This document shows positions 48,848 to 58,244 of a stretch of 64,000 nt of DNA, in pieces; the first letter of the stretch is position 1, and every line of letters begins with the position of its first letter. Source of the stretch: an uncultured Bacteroidales bacterium. GTDB lineage: Bacteria > Bacteroidota > Bacteroidia > Bacteroidales > DTU049. The notes beneath the pieces were generated by a model that saw nothing but the letters and a program-made list of their open reading frames with translations, was not told where the DNA came from and searched no databases. Location: NCBI GenBank assembly GCA_964388575.1, contig CAYMAZ010000003.1:20637-84636 (forward strand). Reading direction: 5' to 3'. Both the position numbers and the translations under genes were made by a program.

Positions 48848-49327
48848 ATGAAAATCCGCACTGGACTGGGTCTTGATGTGCATTCCTTTGAAACAGGCCG
48901 CAATTTTTATCTTGGTGGCATTCAAATTCCGTATCATACCGGACTCAAAGGACATAGTGATGCTGATGCACTCATTCATTCAATCATAGATGCTTTGCAT
49001 GGCGCTGCCGGACTAAAAGATATCGGCACTTACTTTCCCGATAATGATCCTCAATTCAAAAATATCAGGAGCACCGTTTTACTTGAAAAATCAAGAGAAC
49101 TGCTTCGCTCAGGAAAATTCTCAATAGGAAATATTGATGCAGTCATTTGCCTCCAGGAACCGAAAGTTGCTCCCTATATCGATGATATGAAGGCTGTTAT
49201 ATCACAGATTCTTCAGATAACAGCAGAAGATGTTTCAATTAAGGCAACCACCTTTGAGCACATGGGTTTTGTGGGAGAAAAGGAAGGCATTTTATGCCTT
49301 GCCAGTGTCCTGCTGATTTCTGAATAA
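48848..49327 (+). CDS. ispF: 2-C-methyl-D-erythritol 2,4-cyclodiphosphate synthase
   Basis: 159 aa. GLDVHSF and GHSDADALIHSIIDAL motifs. Confidence 0.95.
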   Translation: MKIRTGLGLDVHSFETGRNFYLGGIQIPYHTGLKGHSDADALIHSIIDALHGAAGLKDIGTYFPDNDPQFKNIRSTVLLEKSRELLRSGKFSIGNIDAVICLQEPKVAPYIDDMKAVISQILQITAEDVSIKATTFEHMGFVGEKEGILCLASVLLISE

Positions 49328-49419
49328 CCTGTCTTTTTTCCCCTTTACAAAAAATCAATTAAATCCATATAATCATGTGATTTAACCAACGGAGCAACCG
49401 GGCACTTTTCTAAATTTTC

Positions 49420-49478
49420 AGGAATGAATAATGTTTAATGCCCAATGATCAAAGGAATTAAAATAGCAAAGAGAAAAA
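49420..49478. repeat. Dispersed intergenic repeat, copy A
   Basis: In my hand alignment to 58058-58117, 46 of 60 columns match. Shared blocks are aggaatga, caaaggaatt and tagcaaag. Confidence 0.55.
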
Positions 49479-49545
49479 ATTAAAGACAGCAGACCCTGTT
49501 TCCTGATGGATTTTTTAAATAAGCTGAGCTTTTCGCAAAATATCG

Positions 49546-49553
49546 TAATTTTG
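49546..49553 (+). promoter_or_regulatory. Bacteroidota -7 promoter box (TAATTTTG)
   Basis: Exact TAnnTTTG ending 24 nt before the purD ATG. Confidence 0.5.
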
Positions 49554-49576
49554 ATTTTTCTTTTCATTAAAAACAT

Positions 49577-50866
49577 ATGAATATACTTATTCTTGGGTCA
49601 GGCGGCAGAGAATGTGCACTTGCCTGGAAAATTTCGAAAGGCAGTTTATGCAGCAAATTGTTCATCGCCCCCGGAAACGGCGGAACACATGAGTACGGTA
49701 CAAATATCAGTATCAATCCTGTACATTTTGAAGAGGTTGCAGCATTCAGTCTTGAAAATAACATTGAGCTCATTGTTGTGGGTCCTGAAGATCCGCTGGT
49801 GTTGGGTATTGTTGATTATTTCAGATCAAATCGGAAACTGTCAGGGATCAGAATTATTGGCCCTGACAAACATGCAGCCCAACTTGAAGGGAGTAAATCA
49901 TTTGCAAAAGAGTTTATGCAAAAATATGATATTCCCACAGCAGCATATCAACAATTTGATTCGGGAGAACATCAAAATGCAAAGAACTTTCTGCGGTCGT
50001 TAGACTCCCCCTATGTTATCAAAGCCGATGGCCTGGCTGCAGGAAAGGGCGTTTTCGTATGCAACACAGTCGCTGAAGCTGAAGAAGCAATTGACAATAT
50101 TCTGGTTCGGAACATCTTCGGAGAAGCAGGACAAATGCTTGTGATTGAAGAATTTCTTGACGGAATTGAAATGAGCGCGTTCGTGCTTACTGACGGTATT
50201 GACTATGTGATGCTTCCGGAAGCCAAGGACTATAAAAGGATCGGAGACGGAAACACCGGACCCAATACCGGGGGTATGGGCACTGTTTCACCTGTTCCTT
50301 TTGCTGACGCTGATTTTATGCAAAAACTGAAAACGCAGATCATTGAACCCACAATCGGGGGGATTTCTAAAGAAGGAATGCATTATTGCGGGTGTATTTT
50401 CTTCGGCTTAATGAATGTAGATGGAAATCCTTATGTGATCGAATACAATGTGCGGCTCGGAGACCCCGAAACACAGGTTATACTGCCCAGAATTGAAAAC
50501 GATCTTGTGGAGTTACTGATTGCTGCTTCAGACAAAAAACTGCAGAATAGTAAAATTGAGATTTCGGAAAAAACTGCTGTAAACATTGTTCTGGCTTCGA
50601 AAGGATATCCTGATGCTTATGAAAAAGGGAAACCAATCCATCTCCCAAAACAATCAGACAACTGCTTAATTTTTCATGCAGGAACCGCTTCATTGAACGA
50701 AAAAACTGTTACATCAGGCGGAAGAGTGCTTTCTGCATGCTGTCGGGGAAACACATTAAAAGAAGCAATACAAATCGCTTATGAGCTTGCTGATGAAATC
50801 AGTTTTGAGAACAAATATTACAGAAATGACATCGGACAGGATTTGTTAAAATACAACAGTCAGTAA
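49577..50866 (+). CDS. purD: Phosphoribosylamine--glycine ligase
   Basis: 429 aa. MNILILGSGGRE, ADGLAAGKGV and GGMG motifs. Confidence 0.95.
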   Translation: MNILILGSGGRECALAWKISKGSLCSKLFIAPGNGGTHEYGTNISINPVHFEEVAAFSLENNIELIVVGPEDPLVLGIVDYFRSNRKLSGIRIIGPDKHAAQLEGSKSFAKEFMQKYDIPTAAYQQFDSGEHQNAKNFLRSLDSPYVIKADGLAAGKGVFVCNTVAEAEEAIDNILVRNIFGEAGQMLVIEEFLDGIEMSAFVLTDGIDYVMLPEAKDYKRIGDGNTGPNTGGMGTVSPVPFADADFMQKLKTQIIEPTIGGISKEGMHYCGCIFFGLMNVDGNPYVIEYNVRLGDPETQVILPRIENDLVELLIAASDKKLQNSKIEISEKTAVNIVLASKGYPDAYEKGKPIHLPKQSDNCLIFHAGTASLNEKTVTSGGRVLSACCRGNTLKEAIQIAYELADEISFENKYYRNDIGQDLLKYNSQ

Positions 50867-50873
50867 TTTATCA

Positions 50874-51854
50874 ATGCTTACGAAACTATTTAAAAATCTT
50901 GCAGACTACAGATGGCTGATCGCTTTCGGAGTAATGCTATTGTTTTTTTTACCATTTGATTTTACGTTTTATTCAACTTTTCCTGCAGGTTCACTCCTGA
51001 AATATTATCACATAGCTGATGATTTTTTTCTGTTTCAGAACAAAGCAATATTTCTTTTACTGACTCTTGCGATCATTATTTTTGCTTCATTGTTTCATCA
51101 AATGCTGATTGCAAACAAACTTCTCCCTACCCGTCATTACTTAAGTTTATTTTATACTGTATTGATCATTGCACTGTGGTATCCTGTAATACCGACATTT
51201 TACGATTTGCTGACAGCCGGATTTCTTTTTCTTGGTATCAACAGTATTTTTGCATCTGAAAATTCCGGACAGCCCTTAATCAGAGTGTTTGATGCAACTT
51301 TTCTGATCAGCATTTCCTGTGTTCTGAATATATATCTTTTCCCCTTTTTGTTACTGCCGTTTTTAGCATTGTTTTTTTTCAGGCAATTCAGCTGGCAATT
51401 TTGGGCATCTGCTCTAACCGGAATCATTGTTCCACATTTTTTTCTGATGTCAGCAAATTTTTTCTTTTTTGAAAAAATTTTTTATGCTGATTTTTTTTAC
51501 AATGTTATTGATCATTTTCAAATCAGTTTGGATAAGTATACCAAGTTCCCGTTTGCCTGGGCAATTACGTCACCCCTCTTCTTAATATCCACTTTCCGGA
51601 TTATCTCCTCACTTGGCGAAAAGAAAATCATTGTCAGAAAAAAAACAGTTTTACTACTTTGGGTAATCTTTTTTGCCTTGTTATTATTTCTGATCAGCGA
51701 TATTCCCGTTTCATTACTGATATTGATTATTGCAATGCCATTTGGATATTTTATTTCATTTACCCTCCGTCGGGTTCAGGAAAAAAGACTTTTAATCATT
51801 TTAACTGATTTATCTGTCCCGGCAATCCTGTTAATTCATCTTTTTTTGTTATAA
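50874..51854 (+). CDS. Polytopic membrane protein of unknown function
   Basis: 326 aa, hydrophobic throughout, with multiple TM helices. Confidence 0.55.
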   Translation: MLTKLFKNLADYRWLIAFGVMLLFFLPFDFTFYSTFPAGSLLKYYHIADDFFLFQNKAIFLLLTLAIIIFASLFHQMLIANKLLPTRHYLSLFYTVLIIALWYPVIPTFYDLLTAGFLFLGINSIFASENSGQPLIRVFDATFLISISCVLNIYLFPFLLLPFLALFFFRQFSWQFWASALTGIIVPHFFLMSANFFFFEKIFYADFFYNVIDHFQISLDKYTKFPFAWAITSPLFLISTFRIISSLGEKKIIVRKKTVLLLWVIFFALLLFLISDIPVSLLILIIAMPFGYFISFTLRRVQEKRLLIILTDLSVPAILLIHLFLL

Positions 51855-51891
51855 TCCAAACTCAGTCTGTCAATCCGAAGTGATAAATTTT

Positions 51892-51899
51892 TATTTTTG
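51892..51899 (+). promoter_or_regulatory. Bacteroidota -7 promoter box (TATTTTTG)
   Basis: Exact TAnnTTTG ending 40 nt before the ATG at 51939. Confidence 0.4.
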
Positions 51900-51938
51900 C
51901 CTTACCAAAAAACAAACTGACAGATTCGAACTTCCGCA

Positions 51939-53045
51939 ATGAGATCTGCAAAACATTATAAAATCCTTTGTCTGGTTGCACATCGCCCCGGAAGATCACC
52001 AGGACAAAGATTCCGTTTTGAACAATATCTGACTTATCTTGAGCAGCATGGTTTTAAATGTACGATATCTTATCTGCTCAATGAACATGACGACCGCATT
52101 TTTTACAGCAGAAACAATTTCCGGAAGAAGTTTCTGATATTTCAAAAAGCACGCCGTACCAGGCAAAGAGATCTGCAGAACCTGAAAGATTATCATGCTG
52201 TGTTTATTTACAGGGAAGCCATGATGCATGGTTCTGTGTTTTTTGAAAAGAAAATCTCAGAAAGTGGAATACCAGTTATTTATGATTTTGATGATGCGAT
52301 CTGGCTGTTTGATGTTTCAGAGAACAATAAAAAGTTTGGGTGGCTCAAGCGTCCCCAAAAAACCTCTGAAATAATCGGGCTGAGTTCACTAACAATTGTC
52401 GGAAACAGTTATCTCGCAAATTATGCCAGCCGCTTTTCCAATTCTGTCAGGATTATTCCTACAACAATTGACACTGCATACTATCAAAACCCTTCCGTCA
52501 GAAATGATAAAACAAAGATCTGCATCGGATGGACAGGGTCTTCAACAACGCTGAAACATTTCGGACTGTCTGTGCCGGTGTTGAAAAAAATCTCAGACAA
52601 GTATCCCGGAAAAATTACTGTCAAACTCATCTCTGATGTAAAATATGAAACTGATGAAATCGATTATCAGTTCTGCCACTGGAACAAAGAGAACGAAGTT
52701 GAAGACCTGATGGACATTGACATCGGCATTATGCCTTTGCCCGATGACGAATGGGCGAAAGGCAAATGTGGGTTTAAAGGACTGCAATACATGTCGCTCG
52801 AAATTCCGGCGATCATGTCTCCGGTCGGGGTCAACAATTCGATCATAAAAGATGGTGAAAACGGATTTCTGGCAGCGACTGAAAAAGAATGGATCGAAAA
52901 ATTATCATTGTTGATTGAATCTGATGATTTGAGAAAAACCATTGGAAAAGCAGGCAGGAAAACCGTTGAAGAAAAATATTCCTTTGAGGCAAATAAACAT
53001 AAATGGCTTGAAGCATTTCAGGCAGTCGTCGATGGCAATACTTAA
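51939..53045 (+). CDS. Glycosyltransferase (GT-B, group 1/family 4-like)
   Basis: 368 aa. The C-terminal half has a GT1-type pattern (KGLQYMSLEIPAIMSPVGVNNSIIKDGENGFL). Confidence 0.78.
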   Translation: MRSAKHYKILCLVAHRPGRSPGQRFRFEQYLTYLEQHGFKCTISYLLNEHDDRIFYSRNNFRKKFLIFQKARRTRQRDLQNLKDYHAVFIYREAMMHGSVFFEKKISESGIPVIYDFDDAIWLFDVSENNKKFGWLKRPQKTSEIIGLSSLTIVGNSYLANYASRFSNSVRIIPTTIDTAYYQNPSVRNDKTKICIGWTGSSTTLKHFGLSVPVLKKISDKYPGKITVKLISDVKYETDEIDYQFCHWNKENEVEDLMDIDIGIMPLPDDEWAKGKCGFKGLQYMSLEIPAIMSPVGVNNSIIKDGENGFLAATEKEWIEKLSLLIESDDLRKTIGKAGRKTVEEKYSFEANKHKWLEAFQAVVDGNT

Positions 53046-53631
53046 ATCATTTTACGGAGAACAGATTCCCGAAGCCGGTTGCGATGAAGCCGGACGGGGC
53101 TGTCTTGCAGGCCCGGTGGTGGCAGCAGCAGTAGTTTTATCTCCTGAAACAGTCATTCCAGGACTTGATGATTCAAAAAAACTCAGTCATAAACAACGCC
53201 TTGCACTGAAAGATGTAATCAAAGAAAAAGCAGTTTCATGGTCAGTTGCTTTCATTGACAACTTAGTGATTGACGAAGTCAACATTCTCAATGCCACCTG
53301 GCTTGCCATGCATGAGGCGCTGGACAGACTCAGTACACCTCCTGCATTCATTCTGATTGACGGAAACAGATTTAAGCCCTACCGGAATATTCCCTACCTG
53401 TGTGTGATCAAAGGTGACGGAAAATACATGAGCATAGCTGCAGCATCAGTGCTTGCCAAAACCGCAAGAGACGAATTTATGGAGAAAATTCACCGGGAAT
53501 TTCCGAATTATAATTGGAAAAAAAACAAAGGGTATCCAACAATGGAACACAAACTTGCAATTCACAAACATGGTTTTACACCCCATCACAGAAGTACATT
53601 TTCTGCATCAATTCAAATGAAAATATTTTAA
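53032..53631 (+). CDS. rnhB: Ribonuclease HII
   Basis: Starts MAILKSF. Contains GCDEAGRGCLAGPVV and DSKKLS motifs. I placed the start at the internal ATG, which overlaps the glycosyltransferase stop by 14 nt. Confidence 0.92.
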   Translation: MAILKSFYGEQIPEAGCDEAGRGCLAGPVVAAAVVLSPETVIPGLDDSKKLSHKQRLALKDVIKEKAVSWSVAFIDNLVIDEVNILNATWLAMHEALDRLSTPPAFILIDGNRFKPYRNIPYLCVIKGDGKYMSIAAASVLAKTARDEFMEKIHREFPNYNWKKNKGYPTMEHKLAIHKHGFTPHHRSTFSASIQMKIF

Positions 53632-53636
53632 GTTTG
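53629..53636 (+). promoter_or_regulatory. Bacteroidota -7 promoter box (TAAGTTTG)
   Basis: Exact TAnnTTTG overlapping the rnhB stop. It ends 39 nt before the ATG at 53675. Confidence 0.4.
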
Positions 53637-53674
53637 CTTATACTATTTTCATACACATTTGAGTTAATTCTTTT

Positions 53675-54424
53675 ATGCTGAATCTGCTTTTCTACAAATC
53701 TGTTCTTGTTATGATTTTATTGCTATCCGTAACTCATTCATCGGATTGCAGCACGGGAGCATTTACTTTTCCGGCAGGCACGTTGACCAATTCACAATAT
53801 GCCTCACTTTGCAGGGCTGACGGGTGGAATGTGGACGAACTGAACACCGGATTGAACTCGGGGTATCTTACTGAAGAAGAAAAAAATCTGATCCTCGCCA
53901 CAAATATGGTCAGAACAGACCCTGCAAAATTTGCTGAACTGTATGTGAAAGAAGTGATCGGATATTACAATGGAAAGTATCTGATGTATCCCGGTGAAAC
54001 ACCAATTCTAACAAAAGAAGGTAGAACTCCTGCAACACAACTGTACAGGCAGTTGATGTCCATAAATCCGATGGGCATTCTCATTCCTTCGCCCGGCATG
54101 TCAAAAGCTGCACGAAATCATGCTCAGAGCCAGAGCATAAGCGGACAGACCGGTCACGGTCCAACAAATTCACTCAGTAAGAGATTGAATCAGCAGGGAA
54201 CCTGGCATAAATGCATGGGTGAAAATATCACCTACGGTCCAAAATACGGACATCATGCTGTGCTTGAACTGCTTATCGACGACAATGTCCGCTCAAGAGA
54301 CCACAGGCGAAATATTCTGGATACTGAGTATACTTTTATCGGTGTGGGCAGCGCAACGCACAAAAAATACAGATGGACTTTTGTTGTAACATATGCATGT
54401 GCGTATACCGAATTTTCAAACTAA
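53675..54424 (+). CDS. CAP (SCP/PR-1-like) domain protein, secreted
   Basis: 249 aa with a signal peptide. The C-terminal region has CAP-like motifs (GHGPTN..., GENITYG, HRRNIL..YTFIGVG). Confidence 0.7.
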   Translation: MLNLLFYKSVLVMILLLSVTHSSDCSTGAFTFPAGTLTNSQYASLCRADGWNVDELNTGLNSGYLTEEEKNLILATNMVRTDPAKFAELYVKEVIGYYNGKYLMYPGETPILTKEGRTPATQLYRQLMSINPMGILIPSPGMSKAARNHAQSQSISGQTGHGPTNSLSKRLNQQGTWHKCMGENITYGPKYGHHAVLELLIDDNVRSRDHRRNILDTEYTFIGVGSATHKKYRWTFVVTYACAYTEFSN

Positions 54425-54511
54425 CCTGATCTCACTTCAGCGCTGCCGCAGGGATATTTCGCAGGGCTGAATTACTTTCCTACAACTTCTACAATATGAT
54501 TTTATTCAGGA

Positions 54512-55111
54512 TTAATTGTTTATATGATAGTTTTTAAGTTCCCACACGATGGTGTCATTATCCGTAGTTATGATTTTTCTTTTTATTATGCCAATATGTT
54601 TTACAAAATAATGGATAAGAATATCTTCTCCTTGCATTTTCCTTTCGAAAACATGTACACTTTCATAAATTGTATCATTAATAATTATGTAGTTAAAGTA
54701 CTTGTATTTAAAAGGATCACCAAAACTACTTTGAGGAAAAATAAAAATATAACCACTCATTGAATTCAAGTAAAATGCATATTTATTTTCAAAGTCAGCA
54801 AGGAAAGGCTCTATATATCTGAGAAATATGTTATTAGAAAAAGAGCTGTGAAACTCTTGAGTAATGGTTTCATATTTGCAAATACAATAAACGTGATCAT
54901 CATCTTTTACAAGCATATTAGTTTTGTATAATGATATGCTGTCAATATTTTTAGTAATTGAATCCTCATATATCCAATAAGATCCTTCAGGAAACATCAC
55001 ATAATCCTTAAACTCTTGTGGCATATAGTATGTTGGTTTTTCTTTTTTGCAATTTGCCCCTATGATGAGAAGCCATGCCATTAATATTAAAAAAAATGTT
55101 TTTGTTTTCAT
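54512..55111 (-). CDS. Hypothetical lipoprotein
   Basis: 199 aa with lipobox (LIIGANC). Very AT-rich coding sequence. Confidence 0.5.
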   Translation of the reverse strand: MKTKTFFLILMAWLLIIGANCKKEKPTYYMPQEFKDYVMFPEGSYWIYEDSITKNIDSISLYKTNMLVKDDDHVYCICKYETITQEFHSSFSNNIFLRYIEPFLADFENKYAFYLNSMSGYIFIFPQSSFGDPFKYKYFNYIIINDTIYESVHVFERKMQGEDILIHYFVKHIGIIKRKIITTDNDTIVWELKNYHINN

Positions 55112-55124
55112 ATTTCACTTTGCA

Positions 55125-55808
55125 TTATAGGACAATACATTTTCTGACAAACTGACCATCGTTTGTATGAACAGTCAGCACATACATTCCCTTGGGCAAA
55201 TGCGAAACACAAATTCTGCTGGTGAATGTGCTTTGATAAACAGTGCGACCTGTGATGTCAGTTATGGTTAGGCGGCTTGGTTCTTCGGGAAACTGGGTTT
55301 GGATGTATAATACATCTGATGCTGGGTTTGGATAGATAATAACTTCAAAGTAGTTTTCATAGTTTTCAATAAATGTTACTGTAACTTGAATAAAAGAACT
55401 ATCAGCTAAAAATAAGCTATTGAAAGGCTGACAGTTTGGATTGTGTAAAACTGTATCAAAAAGCATTATGCATTTTATAGTATATGTATTAGGCAAAAGA
55501 CAACCAATATTTACCGAGTCATGAATCGGTAATGTCATTGTCCATCCACCACAAAAATTGTAATGAAAAATTATATTAACATCATTGTCGAAAATTTGAA
55601 CAGTAGTTGCTGTAAGTTTTACTGGATTATATCTTTCTCCCTCAATATGCACAAAAACCGAATCAAAGTCTGTGGGGGTTGCAGGGGTAATATACATCGT
55701 GTCTATTGTCTGAGATATTACATCTTTGTTCCAAACTAATGTGCTGACTAACAACAAAGCAATGAATATGCTTTTTGAAAGTAAACGTTTTCTAATTGTT
55801 TTTATCAT
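55125..55808 (-). CDS. Small T9SS C-terminal-domain cargo protein
   Basis: 227 aa with a signal peptide. Type-A C-terminal domain (IIYPNPASDVLYI...GMYVLTVHT). Confidence 0.7.
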   Translation of the reverse strand: MIKTIRKRLLSKSIFIALLLVSTLVWNKDVISQTIDTMYITPATPTDFDSVFVHIEGERYNPVKLTATTVQIFDNDVNIIFHYNFCGGWTMTLPIHDSVNIGCLLPNTYTIKCIMLFDTVLHNPNCQPFNSLFLADSSFIQVTVTFIENYENYFEVIIYPNPASDVLYIQTQFPEEPSRLTITDITGRTVYQSTFTSRICVSHLPKGMYVLTVHTNDGQFVRKCIVL

Positions 55809-56076
55809 AATTTCAAAAAATTACTTTTAGAATAAAAACATTTAGTACAAACAAAATGTAATGCTGCCAAACACATTGTAAGCAACATTGCGACAGTGTT
55901 GACATTGAAATGCTGTTTTTAATGGGAAACAGAGTCAAAATCAATGCAAATATAAACTTTTTGCTGTGGAATTCAAATTTTATTGTGATTATACTGAGAT
56001 TCGTAAATCAGAAGTCTCATAATTTCCATGCAGATTTTTCTTTAGTTAATCGTTATTTTCTGTGAATAGTTTTTTG

Positions 56077-56084
56077 TAAGTTTG
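56077..56084 (+). promoter_or_regulatory. Bacteroidota -7 promoter box (TAAGTTTG)
   Basis: Exact TAnnTTTG ending 18 nt before the ATG at 56102. Confidence 0.5.
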
Positions 56085-56101
56085 CAAAATAATATGATAT
56101 C

Positions 56102-56470
56102 ATGTTCACCGGAAAACTCAAGCGTAAACTTGCTACTGTTGATCCATATCAACTGATCCCCGCACCATTGTTTCAACACCGGGTGAACGATTCAGAAAAT
56201 GTTGAAATTCATGTTCCCAAATTTAAAAATGAAGCATTTGGAAAACTGTTTCTTTCAAAAAAGTCAAAACCATATCATGTGATAGAACTTGATGAAACAG
56301 GATCAAGAGTATATTCACGTTTCAACGGTGAGCGGAACATCAAAGAAATACTTGAGCTGGTTCGCACAGATGGAAAAGAACCCATTGAACAGCTTGAAGA
56401 AAGATGCTTTTCATTTATACAACAGCTATTTAATCAAAAATATATAACATTCAAACAATTACAAACTTAA
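56102..56470 (+). CDS. PqqD-like (RRE-type) small protein, tentative
   Basis: 122 aa. The segment HVIELDETGSRVYSRFNGERNIKEILELV...LEERCFSFIQQLFNQKYI resembles the PqqD winged-helix pattern. Confidence 0.45.
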   Translation: MFTGKLKRKLATVDPYQLIPAPLFQHRVNDSENVEIHVPKFKNEAFGKLFLSKKSKPYHVIELDETGSRVYSRFNGERNIKEILELVRTDGKEPIEQLEERCFSFIQQLFNQKYITFKQLQT

Positions 56471-56494
56471 TACATTTTTACAGGAGGAAAACGC

Positions 56495-57958
56495 ATGAGC
56501 CAGGAAATTAAAAAATTAGCACCAGAAGCATTGTGGAACCATTTTTACGAATTAACCCAGATTCCCCGTCCATCAAAACATGAACAGGATGCAGCAGAGT
56601 ATGTGAGAAAATTCGGTGAATCACTCGGACTTGAAACGATTAAAGACCAGATAGGAAATATTCTCATACGCAAACCGGCGACTCCCGGTATGGAAGACAG
56701 AAAAACCATTATTCTTCAGGGCCATGTTGATATGGTTCCGCAGAAAAACAGTGATACAGAGCATGACTTTAAGACAGACCCGATCAGGGCATACATCGAC
56801 GGCGAATGGGTAAGAGCAAAAGGGACAACCCTTGGCGCAGACAACGGCATTGGTGTTGCTGCTGCCATGGCTGTGCTTGAAGAAAAGAATCTGTCACACG
56901 GCCCCATCGAAGTACTTGTTACCATTGATGAAGAAACAGGAATGACCGGAGCTTTCGGAATTCAGCCCGGCTTTCTGCAGGGAGACATTCTGCTGAATCT
57001 TGATTCGGAAGACGAAGGTGAACTTTACATCGGATGTGCCGGAGGAATTGACACCAATGCAGAATTTGTATACAAAGAAGAGACTGTGACCAATGATATC
57101 GTCGCATATAAAATATCTGTCACCGGCCTGAAAGGCGGACACAGCGGCCTTGATATTCATCTCGGCAGAGGAAACGCAAACAAGCTGATGAACAGAATAT
57201 TGTGGCACGGTTTCCGTGAGCACGAAATGCGTCTTGCATCCATTGACGGAGGAAGCCTGAGAAATGCTATCCCGCGCGAATCATTTGCTGTTATCACTGT
57301 GCCAAAGGCCCAACAGGACAAATTTGAAAACTGCTTTGAAAAAATGGGAAATGAAATCATCAATGAATATCAGAATTCAGATCCCGATGTGGCCATCAAG
57401 CTTGAATTGTCAGAAAAACCAGCTTCAGTGATCGATGCTCAAGCAACAGAACATCTGTTGAATTCTGTCTATGCATGTGTTGACGGAATTATCCGTATGA
57501 GCCCTGACATGCCCGGAGTAGTTGAAACCTCAACGAATCTGGCACTTGTCAAATCAGGTAACGGAAAAATATCCATCGCATCCCTTCAGAGAAGTTCTGT
57601 TGATACAGCAAAAACAGTTGTGGCATACAGTGTAAGATCTGCCTTTGAACCCAACGGTGCAAAAGTTGAACATAAGGGTGAATATCCCGGGTGGAAACCC
57701 AATGTGGAATCTCCAATCCTGAAAGCCATGAAAGAAAGTTATCAAAACAAATATGGCAAAATACCCGAAGTTAAGGTTATCCACGCCGGACTGGAATGCG
57801 GAATCATCGGAGCAGCATGCGGACGTGAACTGGATATGATTTCATTTGGCCCCACCATCAGATTTCCGCACTCACCGGACGAAAAAGTCAATATCAAAAC
57901 TGTTGAACTTTTTTATGAATTTCTGCTTGAAACCCTCAAAAACGCCCCGAAAAAATAA
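56495..57958 (+). CDS. pepD: Aminoacyl-histidine dipeptidase (M20 family)
   Basis: 487 aa. LQGHVDMVPQK, GADNGIGVA and TIDEETGMTGA motifs. Confidence 0.9.
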   Translation: MSQEIKKLAPEALWNHFYELTQIPRPSKHEQDAAEYVRKFGESLGLETIKDQIGNILIRKPATPGMEDRKTIILQGHVDMVPQKNSDTEHDFKTDPIRAYIDGEWVRAKGTTLGADNGIGVAAAMAVLEEKNLSHGPIEVLVTIDEETGMTGAFGIQPGFLQGDILLNLDSEDEGELYIGCAGGIDTNAEFVYKEETVTNDIVAYKISVTGLKGGHSGLDIHLGRGNANKLMNRILWHGFREHEMRLASIDGGSLRNAIPRESFAVITVPKAQQDKFENCFEKMGNEIINEYQNSDPDVAIKLELSEKPASVIDAQATEHLLNSVYACVDGIIRMSPDMPGVVETSTNLALVKSGNGKISIASLQRSSVDTAKTVVAYSVRSAFEPNGAKVEHKGEYPGWKPNVESPILKAMKESYQNKYGKIPEVKVIHAGLECGIIGAACGRELDMISFGPTIRFPHSPDEKVNIKTVELFYEFLLETLKNAPKK

Positions 57959-57980
57959 ATCAAATTTTTTCTGATCAAAA

Positions 57981-58010
57981 AGGCTGTCTCATTTGGGACA
58001 GTCTTTTTTT
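57981..58010 (+). terminator. Rho-independent terminator after pepD
   Basis: AGGCTGTCTC-ATTT-GGGACAGTCT, a 10-bp stem including 2 G-U pairs, followed by TTTTTT. Confidence 0.7.
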
Positions 58011-58021
58011 GTATACGACCG

Positions 58022-58053
58022 GACCACCTGACCATTTGACCACTTGTCCACAT
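58022..58053. repeat. Four tandem 8-nt units GACCAYNT
   Basis: The units are gaccacct, gaccattt, gaccactt and gtccacat. They lie immediately 5' of dispersed-repeat copy B. Confidence 0.6.
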
Positions 58054-58057
58054 CTTT

Positions 58058-58117
58058 AGGAATGATTAATACTTAACTTCTAAAGACCAAAGGAATTTTA
58101 AGTAGCAAAGTGAAAAT
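58058..58117. repeat. Dispersed intergenic repeat, copy B
   Basis: See copy A at 49420-49478. Confidence 0.55.
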
Positions 58118-58185
58118 AGTAAACATCAAATATCCCAGGGGGATCACTTTGTGAGAAAATATTCAATATCGCCTAAATCAGTATT

Positions 58186-58214
58186 TAAAAAAATGGCCTC
58201 GCAACTGAGGCCAT
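58186..58214 (-). terminator. Rho-independent terminator after the DUF4476-like gene
   Basis: Perfect 8-bp stem ATGGCCTC/GAGGCCAT with a 6-nt loop. On the minus strand it is followed by TTTTTTT. Confidence 0.7.
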
Positions 58215-58244
58215 TGGATTCATAAAATTTTTAAAGATAAATGG

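Noticed and set aside
49328-49576. Possible purine-related (ZTP-type) riboswitch upstream of purD
   Set aside because: I could not find the conserved ZTP/pfl-type core sequences I recall (GGGUCGUGACUGGCG-like and CCGCCUGGGC-like). The spacer is instead explained by the dispersed repeat and a promoter box.
55850-55950. Several small hairpins in the 293-bp spacer before the PqqD-like gene (for example CAACATTG-cga-CAGTGTTG and CTGTTT-N8-AAACAG), as a possible small RNA
   Set aside because: The stems are short, there is no promoter box or terminator framing them, and the orientation is ambiguous. They cannot be supported without expression data.
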